From Bugula neritina (lineage: Eukaryota; Animalia; Bryozoa): DNA of 64,000 nucleotides. Location: the NCBI GenBank assembly GCA_964035545.1, contig OZ037772.1, positions 6,184,889 to 6,248,888 of the forward strand. The letters run 5' to 3'. Position numbers and translations under genes: made by a program. Shown here in pieces: positions 51,961 through 64,000 of the stretch. The stretch's first letter is position 1. Every line of letters begins with the position of its first letter. The notes under the pieces were generated by a model. That model saw only the letters and a list, made by a program, of their open reading frames with translations, was not told the DNA's origin and searched no databases.

Positions 51961-53233
51961 GCTGAGCTTTTCTTTTCACCTGGCACTGTTGGAGAGTATG
52001 CTGTCAAAATATTTAAAGTCAGTACATGTTGTACTAAAGGTTCACGGTTGATGAGCAGAATGGCTAAATAAGACGCAGTCAATAGAAGGAACTTTTTAGT
52101 ATTCATTCAATATGTTATAACGGTGATGTGCACTATAGCTAAAAATATGATTAAATACTGAATTAAGAGTTAACTTTAGAGTTTTTCACTCAGAAGCAAT
52201 ACCACATGTCATACTAAAACTAGTATATATTGTTATTAGCTCTTTTACTAAAGCTTTTGACACCATAGAAATATTTGTGTTTATACTGCTTGAAAAAGTG
52301 ACTTTGAAATTGTTTGTTTTTAAGTGTTGTTCTCACTGCAAATGTACTGCTTCGAGCAAGTAGCTTTCCTAGCAAATTACACTCTGTGCGGCAGGAAGTT
52401 ACATGCTAACTCAATGCTGTAACACTATGTACTCACAGGCTACAGCTTGTCATAAGGCAATCAGTATTCTGTTGGTGTGACGAATAAACATCTGGTGGGG
52501 ACAATCAGTGTAGCTATTCACTTGAGACTGAGCAAAGAAAGGTCTATTTAGTTGACTGCCATGCTAGAGTATCTATGAATTAAAAGGATTATCTTCATAT
52601 GTAACTTACGTCATAATCGTTAACTTAGTTGTGTAAACATTTTCCTACTTAAAAAAAATATTCAGCATTTTTCTATATTATTTTAACTTATCAATTCCTG
52701 TAACAATCAGGCAATTCTCTTGTTTACCATTTGTAAATGCTAAACTAGTTTTTAGATCTAAACAAACTAGTTATAAAATTGTTGCATTCAGAAAATTATG
52801 TCAGAGATTGCTAGAAAGTTTGCAAGCATTTGAATTGATGTTATAGTTTGTGATGGTTAATAAACAATTTATTATATTTATTATGTTTTGTCATTATACA
52901 AACATTACTATATGGCAGTGTTGGTGCATTAAGTCATTGTATGATTATATATGGCAATCTAAGTAGTATTTATGCCGCAGTACATTCAGTAAAGATTTGC
53001 ACTGAGCAGTATAGACCCAGTTCATTGTAAATATTATATAAATATTTTATAATTTATTCGAATGCAAACTTGCCTTAATTATAAGTTTATGCTATTCACA
53101 AGGGTATATAATGCTAATATTATGGTGCAAGTATATATTGAAATGAATGCCAACACATGAACTAACTAAACTCTCATTTACACAAGGAGATAGCTATTCT
53201 AACATTCGGCACTTCCAAGTTGATTTAGTAAAC

Positions 53234-56100
53234 ATGAAGCTTTTCTTGGTGTGCATACTGTTGATGTCTGAATTTTTATCAGTTTCAGCCTTGAACTTGA
53301 CAGAAGAATATTATTGTACACAGCATATATCAGCGTTCAACAGCTCGGGATCTCAACTACAGGAGTCTACTCTTCAAGATTCTAGACAAGGTAAACACCT
53401 TTTACGTTGCATTAGCTCATCAAGCTAAAATTAAGGTATTCGCAAGAATTGAAAAATTGAATGCATAGCATACAATTTACTAGAATGAGTATTTCTATGA
53501 TGAGATCTTGTGCTATATATTAGTTAAATTTCATAGAAATGAGTGTTTATAGATGTAGCAGATAAAGAAATGAATTGAACACAGCACAATTTTTCAGAAA
53601 TGGACATGAATTAGATTAAAATAAAGTTCTACGCACATAGTTTATTTACCATCAACCGAATATAGCAACAATATTAGCATAAAAGTAAAATCTTCTCAAT
53701 TACTAAATACTTTACAACTTTACAACTAAAATAACATTAATGAATTTAGATATCATCTATAATGATTTTATTCAGTTTTTTTAAATTGTTTTTACACAAA
53801 AGAACGAAAAAAATGCATAATATTCAATTATAAGAAAAGTTAGTTAAAAAGTAATATATTTCATAACAGATACAATGTAAGCATACACAACGCTATAAGA
53901 TAGTAACTCTGCGTTTATTTCATAAGACAGGTTTGTTTAAAAAGATAAAATGGTTCAACAACTATTTATAGCAGCTATAGTGGACGCAGCTACACTATTG
54001 ATTATAAGGCTAGCATTGATATTTCTCTCTTCAAATAACTTTAAAACCATTCATAATTAATGCCCTGTGAGCCGTTTCACTGGATTTTGTGATAAACAGC
54101 TTTTCACAGTTGAAACATTGTGAGTAATTGATTATAGCATTTATTTTGTAAATATTTGATTTAAAATAGTTGCATTAATCCAAAACCGAAACATTGTTTA
54201 ATGTATTACAGTACATACCGAAGAAGTTACTATTTCAAAAGGAATATAAATACATGTGCTAGTTTACACTACATGTCAGAGGTCAGAGGTCTGAGAAACA
54301 CATTAGGTTATGCAGGAAAAAGTGAACTGTTACTTCTTACAACTATTGACTAAAGAGTTGAGGGCTAAGGGACTTGTTCACTCTTTGCTGCTGTACTATG
54401 CAAGCAAACAATAGATGTTGTAGTCAGTTTTTATTTTTGAAATAGTCCAAAGGTCAATTAACCTTTCCAGATCAATGTTCAGTGTTTACTGATATACAAC
54501 ACAGACAGACGCACATGCATACACACAATACAATCTTACAATTTTATTGATGTTTTAGGTCGCTCTGCTCTAGAATGTATGACTCAGTGCAGTGATCTCC
54601 ACGTTCAGTGTCTGTCTGGTATCTTTGAATCAGCAAGCAGAACTTGTAGACTATTCAATGAACCTTTAGTAGAGCTGGAAGCAGAAAACTTAAAAGATAT
54701 GGTTTACTTCATGAAGATATCTTCAGTGACAAGTAAAAATATACTTGTTCCTTAATTCCTAAATTGAAACAACCCTTTTTGTTCAAAAGATGATGCTTAT
54801 AATTATAGTAACTTTAAATCACAATTTGTGCAGTAAATGAAAGCTATTGGGACTTGAACTACTTAAAAGTGAAGAAATTGTGGGCATCAATGTAGAATGT
54901 AAAGAAGCTGCTTTAGTTTTAGTCAATATTGGCAGCTTTTAATGGTTTTAGGTGAGAATATTTTTCTAGCCCAGAACTTTTCTGATGTGCTAACACATTA
55001 CCAACAGAGAATAACTTCTAGTCATGAGTTCTGTCTCTCTCTTTGCTCCTGTAACCAATCATGTGTTGCTGTGTCATATGACAAGAATACATCAACCTGT
55101 TTCCTGTCTGATAAACCAGAAGTGGTCATCAACACAGAGCAGACTAGTAGACTGTGTTCTGTTAAAAAGAAACACTCTGAAGAGTTGACTGTCTATGGTT
55201 TCTCTACCAATCTTGCTAAAGGTAAAGATAGCCAATTGCTAATGCTATTTTGAGTTATGAGCTTTTTGAACATATATCAAGACTAAAAATAATGCTACAA
55301 AGTCAGTAAATTAGGTTAATCACATATATGTGACATTATACCACAATACTTTACATGATATCATATAAGCTTTAAAGAGTATTCACTCTTTATATCGTAT
55401 AAGTCTTGTAATTCATGTTATTCTGGTAACTTTTAGATAAAGTTGCTACATCAAGCAGCATATATGGAGCAAACTTGTCAGGGTTGAAGGCTATTGATGG
55501 CATTTATCTTCCCTCGGAAGCTGGCTTAGGAGAGCAAGGAAGTTTATTTGCCACTAAGGAAGAACTGTCTCCATGGCTGCAAATAGACTTAACCACTAGT
55601 CACTTTGTTGAAGGTGTCAAAATATGGGACAGATCTGAGCACAGTGTTCAAGGTCAGTGAAATGTTTGTACAGCTGTTGTATAGTATTGATATTTTATAT
55701 GTTGCAATAGTGTCTGAACAGGTTAGTGGTGAGTTATTTGTATTTAATGGTAATATACATAGATGTTTGCATTAGTATACTCGTAATATTTTTATATTCT
55801 CAAGGTTAAGTTCAAGTTAATACAAAACTAGTTTTCAAATTTATAGCTTACAATGACCGACTAGCTAATGTGAGAGTAACAGTGGGTGAAACTGACACTA
55901 ACTTTGATGATCCACCAGAAGATGAGATCTGTAACTACCTTCCTGGACAACCACCTGCAGATATATTTCTGGTTACATGTTGTACTAGAATGTATGGTAG
56001 ATATGTGAGAGTAACAGCTGTTGAAGTAAAGGAGCTTCTTAATATCTATGAGTTAGAAATTCATGGGTTAGAAATTGTTGAACAGCCAGCTAACAACTAA
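53234..56100 (+). CDS. Secreted PAN/apple-PAN/apple-F-type lectin (fucolectin/F5-8C-like) protein, 356 aa; exons 53234-53390, 54559-54732, 54952-55221, 55437-55652, 55847-56100
   Basis: Signal peptide; PAN motifs SALECMTQC..C..GIFE..SRTCRL and CLSLCSCNQSCVAVSYD..TSTCFL; FTP motifs NLA..K.ATSSS, AIDG, PWLQIDL, V.IWDR, GRYVRV, LNIYELEIHG. The frame is open over 1071 nt. Confidence 0.82.
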
Positions 56101-56155
56101 TGTGATACAATGTTATTTGACAAACAAAACTCTGGCCAGCTACTACCATATGCCC

Positions 56156-56393
<238 letters not shown>

Positions 56394-56499
56394 CAAATAT
56401 CGAAAATGGGACATATATTTTCCTCACATTAGACTGCATAATAGAGGTATATAGTTCTGTTAACTAAAAAAATTAAGTTTTATTTGTACTCAATATTAG

Positions 56500-57544
56500 G
56501 TTTTTCAAAGAAGAATGGATGGTTCAGTTGACTTCTACAGAAACTGGTACAGCTACAAACTGGGTTTTGGTGATTTGAATGGAGAGTTTTGGCTTGGGAA
56601 TGACAAGTTGGTAGCTGCTCTGCAAGCCAACCCTAAGAATGAGTTGAGATTTGACCTTGAAAGTACAACCAATGAACAAGCTTATGCTGAATACAGCAGC
56701 TTCAATGTTGGTGATGAGTCTACTGGATATATTATCTCGGTGTCTGGCTATACTGGAACAGCAGGTATGGATTTCAAACAGAGTGAAAACTAAAACTAAA
56801 TTAAGTGAAATGACCCATATATATTTGTTCACCATCTGTAAAGTAATGCTCTATCTGGTATAAGCTTATAACTATTAAATGCTATTAGCTTTTTGGTTAT
56901 CTCATTGAGAAGTTTGATTACAGTTTTTGCATTGAGAGGCTTTGAAATATTAGTTAGTTACAACATATCAGTGTTGTCTGAACATTATTACATAACGCAT
57001 CGCTGTAAAAACAATGGTTTTATAGATGCTCTGATGAGATTTTCGTAATAATCTATAACTATTATAATGTGAATAAGTTGTTGCACTTTACTTATATTGA
57101 GAAAGAATACTTTTACAACTGCAGCAACTAGTTTATATCAAAACCATTGCCACTGGAAATTGTTATTTGAAAGCAAAAGAAATCATTAATTTTTATAGAG
57201 AACCAAAATATGAATTTTGATAAGTAATTTATGACTATATTTTATTTGTTTTGTTAAAATAGTTCATCAAAACATGAAATATTTTACTTTTAGGAGACAG
57301 CCTTTCACGCCACAACGGAATGAAGTTTTCAACACGTGATAGAGATAATGATACTTACCCAGGCAATTGTGCAGCTATATTTCATGGTGCCTGGTGGTAT
57401 TATGGGTGTCATACTTCCAATTTGAATGGCGAGTACTTAGATGGAAGCCATACTTCCTATGCTAATGGCGTAAACTGGAACTCTTGGAAAGGTCTACATT
57501 ATTCTCTCAAGACCACAGAAATGAAATTCCGTGGATACTTTTAA
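56500..57544 (+). pseudogene. 5'-truncated fibrinogen-related gene, FReD-D (exons 56500-56764 and 57294-57544 only)
   Basis: Both exons are open and spliceable, but exons 1-2 are absent between here and the upstream lectin gene. Confidence 0.7.
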
Positions 57545-58647
57545 AGCTTCATGTTTATGCAGTTGCAAAGTGTTAATCTGCTTATTATGATATTATAGAT
57601 GAATTGCATTATTTTGTAAAATTGCTACAAATCAAATTAAATTTTATTTCATATTTTGGAATCAAATTTAATAAAACTATTTACAAAGTCAAACAAACGT
57701 GTGGTTAATTATATTTACTTCACAAATATTTAAATAGAAGCTATATAACTCTATAGATGCTGTGTTGTCAGCATAAACATTACAGTCTTTCAAACAGCAA
57801 AGAGTTACATGCAGTTTATCACTAATTCAATTCATTTGCAAAATTGTGTTTAAACTGCATTGTAGATTGAATAGTGACAATTCTTCAGTAACTTTCACAA
57901 ACTATCTATGCCTGCATATTTTCTTGTCATATTTTGTGATATTTCAACACATTTGCAAGACATTGTAACTTGAAGAGTTATAAAATGTTGGAGTGCTCAT
58001 ACACAAAGATTCTACTTTTAACCTATCATATGTGCATATAATATAACACTTGATATTTCAGTTCTATGACAATAACAAACAATCTTATAAAACGTTCCAT
58101 CAATTTATTATGTTAGTAAGACAACATTTATTGTTTTGTTTGATTGCAAGTAAATTATAGTTTTATGTAAGAGTCGAAATCAAAAAAATTTTTGCTTTTC
58201 ATTTTTGAACAAGATGTTTGAAGGGCTGCTGACCAAACCAGACAAAAAATGAGGTTGTTATAAAATTCACAAACTTTCTTACTTAAAGGCTACAGACTTC
58301 ATCTTGCAAACATTATAACTTGTTTGTATTGTAGAAAGTTGCATGTCAGTCAGATGAAGTTAGACTGCAGCATAACCTAATATTTTAGACTATATTATAT
58401 AACAACTGCCTTGAAGTCAAATGCTGAAAATTTCTTTGTGATCTGTTTCTATGCATGCAAATGAAAGAAGATTAAATCCGCACTCAATAAAAAGAACGAC
58501 ATGATTTTATTAGCATTTGAAAGAACTAAATACCAACGCATGAACTTGAAAAAAATTGATTAAACAAAGATCAAATAGATAATATATAGACACAATTGAA
58601 TTTACGTCATAAAATGATAGCTCTATGCTGTGAACATACAAGCATTC

Positions 58648-58663
58648 AGGAAGTTCCGTGTTG
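58648..58663 (+). promoter_or_regulatory. Conserved upstream motif aggaagttccgtgttg (kappaB/ETS-like)
   Basis: The identical 16-mer lies upstream of FReD-A (29927-29942), B (36595-36610), C (42847-42862) and E, in the same orientation relative to each gene. Confidence 0.4.
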
Positions 58664-61397
58664 ACTAAAAATCAATATTCACTAATTTAAGTAATATACT
58701 ATATAATCAGCTGCTTGAATTTTGCATTGCGCCCTTATTTTTAAATGCATGTTTTAGCCACAAATAAGTTTTGTATTTTGTTTATATTATGCTTGTTATT
58801 TTGATTGCGCAGCTTTAAAAACGTCTGCAAGCTTAGAGACTATCCTTGAAAACCTATTCACTTGGCGTTACAGCTACAATGTTGTAGCAACATCATCTAG
58901 TGCATGCACACAAACAAATGATATGTAATATTTAATGCAGTAGGGAGACAGTCTGCGTGTAAAATAAATATTTCATGAAGTAGTACAAACAGCTGTTGTG
59001 ACTCTGTGTTATCACAGCTAGAATACTTTGTGCCATTTGATTATTTCTGTTGTTTAATTTTATAACGTGTTTTAATCTATATGTTTTATTGGTGTAGACT
59101 GAAAAAAAGAGCACAGGGAGATGAGTAATAAGTAATAAAAGATAAGGAGATGAATAACAGAAAGTATTAACCAAAATCATTGTATCGCAATAGAGAAAAA
59201 CATAATGTAGCTAAAATAATATCTATGATAATACAAGTAAAGCTATAACTATCCAACAAGCTTTCTAAGCTCATCTAGTGGCCCAACCGCTTTAATAATC
59301 ATCACAACCTTCATGAATTTCATAGTTAGCAATTTATTTAACAATCTGATATCAACTTAGCACTATACATAATATAGATTAAATCTTTGAAAAATAAAAG
59401 TAAGTTCATCACCTAAAGACGGTGAAGACATACAAACACCGTGATGTCATAGGAACTGGCGTGCATTTGCTAATTTTTTAAAAATAAATTATAAACAATT
59501 TTTGTAGACGAGTTCTTTTACTAAATTTAGTATGAATATCTCTGGTCTTTAGAAGCGCTCTTTGCATATGATTTATGAGAATCTCTTTATTTTGTAACAG
59601 AACTAAAGTAAGTTATGGGAGTGCAAACTTTTATAAAATCTTTCATAAAATATGCTCCTCTTGCATGCAGCTATATGTTATAGTTGGTCAAATTCACATC
59701 AGCACTGAATTCAACTGAAAACCTTAACTTATAGTCTCAAGTGAAGAACTGCACTAATTGATTGCTCTCACCAGCTGTGTGTTTGTCTATTGAACTTGCA
59801 GAGTAGTGGTTGTCTTGTGACAAGCTGTTATAACCTGTGATTAGTGTAAAACAGCTTTGAGCTAAAATATTATACTTGTTCTATAAGCAGCTTCAAGTTG
59901 GAAGTTACTGCATGAGTGCAGTAGTTTGGGTTTATTGAGTTTAGAGTCGAGGGTCTAGGCAGGAACTTTGAATCCCCAACTCCAACTTTGAGACCTCAAG
60001 CTACTTACTCAGTCACCCCTAACACTTTAAGCTGCTTTAAGAAACTTCTAACATATAAATACTAATGTAACATGGGACTACTGCGTGAAACAACATATTG
60101 TGGTACAATGGTTGTATCACATAGAATCTAATTTCAAAACCTGTTTTGGGAGTTATGTTCCCATTTAATACATTGGCAGGGCCTACAACACTGAAGAGAC
60201 TAATTGTATGTATCGTAATGTAGTTTCACTGTCTTATGTAATGAATCATTTCATCATTCATAGTGTTCAGTAACTTAAATACTTGACTAAAACAAAAGCA
60301 TGGGGGAAAGAGCAGAATGGCTAAATAGTATTCGGTCAAAAGAATGAACTTCTATATTACCTATAATGATTTAAAATGTTGTCTACATATATGAAAGCAT
60401 ATTAGACATGCAGTAATAAAATAGCAAACTCAGAGATATTTTTCAAAGTTGCTGGATTAGAATTAATTATAATTGCCACAAGAAAGCCATTAGATAGATA
60501 CTTGTTACTCTAGGTTCATTACTCTAGTTGACAAACCTAAAGGTGAAGCAGCCAATGAAGTTAAATCTAGTGTTGAGAGAAACTTTAGGCCACACCCACT
60601 TTTCAATTCATGCTAACATCAAAGCAGTCATGGTGCTTTTATAAATATTGTGTATTTGAGTATATACTAACTGAATTGTTTTACTGGACACAAGTGGTTT
60701 GTATTCTTGAGCATAGAATATAGAATCAGGCCTATGTATAATTACACCTACTCTGCAAAAGAATTGTTATGAAATTACTTAAACATGTTGCTATCATAGT
60801 TTAACTATTGAGGTATCTAAGAAAGGTATCATTACTACAGAAAGTTATAATAGATGTGTTTTCTAAAAAGCATTTAATATCATTTAAAGTTATATATAAA
60901 AACATGAAATTTCCTTTTTAAAGAGTTAAAAATCAAAAGTAATATTGAACATGCATTTACTAATGTCACTATATGTCATATTATAATCTTTGGACGGATG
61001 AATAATTAATATAGACAAAATGAATTGAAGGATCTATGTATAAAAATATTATTGTTTTTAACAATGACATTACTTATGTATAGATTTATATATTAATTAG
61101 TATAATATTTCACATTAGTTTGCTTAGATTTTGCCTTCATAATTAGATAGGCCTACTCCTTATTACGTATTTGGCAGAAAAAATTTCTTAAAAGAATTTA
61201 TACAAATAAAGAAGCAAATAGAAATATTCTAGTTCAGATGTAGTGGCTTTACTTTGCTCTTATTGACAGAATTACTTGAATTTGATTGGCTGACATAAAA
61301 TATAAAAGTCTTAAGAACTTCTCTTGTTCATCACTTCAGTTTGAACTGTAGAAGTAGATAGTATGAGGTACCTTGTTGTGTATTTCTAATCTGAAAC

Positions 61398-63599
61398 ATG
61401 CAGATGTATTTCTTCCTTACACTTTTGTTGGCAGTCCCTCTGCATGCAGTAAGTATACAAGAACTTCTACTACAAGAACAATTATGTATACAGTAATGAG
61501 TGGATTATTATATTGTTGTGTTTTATGAGTTATCATATTGAGCTTGTAAACTATGTTTGTTTGTTTTTATTTTGTCGTAGTCGGGAAAAATTTAATTGAG
61601 AAAAAATAAACAAAATGACAGGGCCTATGGCGCAATAGCACTGTAGCTGGTCGAGGCACCGAGCCATGTGTGTTATATATTTAGTAAACAAGAATAGTTT
61701 TTATTTGAATAATTCAGCAAAATAATAAAGATTTTACTTGAAAGTAGAATTCTTTTTAAAGGTTTGCTAAAAATTTTTTACTGACTTTTAGAGCCTACGT
61801 ATTTTTGTTAAAAATGTTTAAAAAAAAAAGAAATTGGTTTATCATCACATGGGAAATTTTCAATTTATAGTAATTCTTTCCAAAAAGTTACCAACATGGT
61901 AATTTTTTATTATGCAACATTTAATTGCTATAAATAGTCATAGACAACATTGTCATTGGCTTTGTATACTCCAGCTATTATATTCTCATTTCTTTGCAAC
62001 CTGGACATATTGAACATCGACAAAGTGCCAATTGTGTTAAATTTACAGAGCTAATATCATATTCAAATAAAATAATATCTAACCAGTGTTCCAATAACTA
62101 CTAGATACAATACTGTAGGACATTGTGTTTGTAGCACCGTGATGTGGAGGAATATTGTTTGGAGAGAATAAAGACAAAACCATCTGACAAACCCAGAACA
62201 TGTTTAGACCTACTGTGTCTTGGATATGGCGGTGCTAGTGGTGTTTACAAGATCTACCCAACAGGGCAGGAGCATTACTCGTTTGATGTCTTCTGTGACC
62301 AGAAAACTGATGGAGGTGGATGGACTGTTAGTATCAGTATTCTGTTGTTGTTATATCATAGCGGTTGTTTAAAAAGATGTTTGTTTTGATTTTCAGATTA
62401 TATAGCATTCACTCTTCCCTACTACCATATTCTGATATATATATTTATATTATACGTTGGGTTAGTTTTCAACAAGGAAAATATTAAAAGCAAACTTGCA
62501 GAGCAAATATCAAACCTGAGACTGCATAATAGAGATACAGTTCTGTTAACTAATAAAATTAAATTCTCTTTTTACCTAATGTTAGGTGTTTCAAAGAAGA
62601 ATGGATGGCTCAGTTGATTTCTACAGAAACTGGTACAACTATAAACTGGGTTTTGGTGATTTGAATGGAGAGTTCTGGCTGGGAAATGACAAGTTGGTAG
62701 CTGCTCTGCAAGCTAATCCTAAAAATGAGTTGAGATTTGACCTTGAAAGTACAACCAATGAACAAGCGTATGCTGAATACAGCAGCTTCAATGTTGGTGA
62801 TGAGTCCACTGGATATATTCTCTCAGTGTCTGGCTATACTGGAACAGCAGGTATGGATTTCAAACTCAGGATGCAAATCTCTGATCAATGCCACCATTGC
62901 TATTGATAAAGTAATGCTCTATCCTGTTATAGTTCATATATATACATAAATGTTACTAAACTGTCATTGAACAAGTTTGATTAAAATATGTTTGTTGCAT
63001 TAAACAGTTTTGAGATATCATTTATTTGCAGTATATCAACTTTGTGTCAATGCTCCTATATATAATATATAACACATTACTTTATAGATTAGAAATTTTG
63101 GTTATATTTTGCTATTAAATTGTAAACAAATTGTCGCAAGATATTGATTGAGAAGTAATATTATTCTCCCAACTACATTAATTTAGTTTACATTGAAACA
63201 TTTCACATTGGGAAGCCACTCAAAGCCTATAGGCTAATATTCAACTCTTTTAGAAAAACTAAATATAAATTTTAAATAAGTAATTAATGGTGTTTTTCAC
63301 TCCGTGAAAATAGTTTTTTTTACACATGGAATATTCAACTTTTAGGAGACAGCTTTTCTGCTACTCACAATGGCTTGAAGTTTTCAACACACGATAGAGA
63401 CAATGATGTCATTCCAGGCTCGTGTGCAATAGACTATGTTGGCGCCTGGTGGTATGGAAAATGTCACATTTCTAACTTGAACGGCAAGTACCTGAATGGC
63501 GCTCATACTTCTTTTGCTAATGGTATAAACTGGAAAACCTGGAAGGGATACCATTATTCTCTCAAGACCACAGAGATGAAATTCCGCGGATATTTTTAA
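61398..63599 (+). CDS. Secreted fibrinogen-related protein, FReD-E (~253 aa); exons 61398-61448, 62135-62326, 62586-62850, 63346-63599
   Basis: Signal [17 protein letters not shown], complete FBG motifs, in-phase GT-AG introns. Confidence 0.88.
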
Positions 63600-64000
63600 T
63601 TTCCAAAGTTTATATAATAGCAAAGCTTAAGCATTGTCGTTTATAATTAGACATAAACTTATCATTTTACTTGTTCATAAATAAATTACATTTTTTGTAA
63701 AATTAATACGTCAAAATCTTGTCTGTGTGGCACTTTTGGGTAATATATCTTATAAAACTAAATTACAAAATAAATCAGATATGTAATCAATTTTAAAATC
63801 TACAAATGTAAACGTAAATACAAGGTTTTAGAGTTGGTTTAGTAAACATAAACATTACAATTTTTTGTCCCGAAAGCCTTGCATGCCGCTTATCAAAATT
63901 GTAGCTTTCCTGCAAAAATTTTACATAACCGCATTGTTACAGATTAGAGGATAAAATTTATTAAACAAGTGTTACAAATCTATGCTTATAACATATACTT

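Overview
AT-rich, intron-containing animal DNA, probably from an invertebrate; the taxon cannot be fixed from sequence. The window holds an innate-immunity-type lectin cluster: five paralogous 4-exon fibrinogen-related (FReD) genes (three intact on -, one intact and one 5'-truncated on +), and three PAN/apple + F-type-lectin gene copies (one intact, one damaged, one orphan first exon). The last intron of the leftmost FReD gene (8072-27822) is about 20 kb long because of nested transposons. At the centre of the nest is a 15.35-kb element (10174-25526) with 23-bp TAG...CTA terminal inverted repeats and inverted subterminal arrays of a ~98-bp unit. It carries two intact, divergently transcribed, spliced genes: a CxC5/CxC6-KDZ-type transposase (~556 aa) and an 8-exon DUF3987/YfjI-like P-loop NTPase (475 aa). 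That pairing is the best candidate for an undescribed system. Also present are MITEs sharing its termini, a BEL/Pao remnant with inverted LTR-like repeats, a minimal hammerhead ribozyme, a tRNA-like SINE, LINE fragments, piggyBac-, hAT- and MULE-like MITEs, and long microsatellites. All family assignments come from motif recognition by eye, not database searches.
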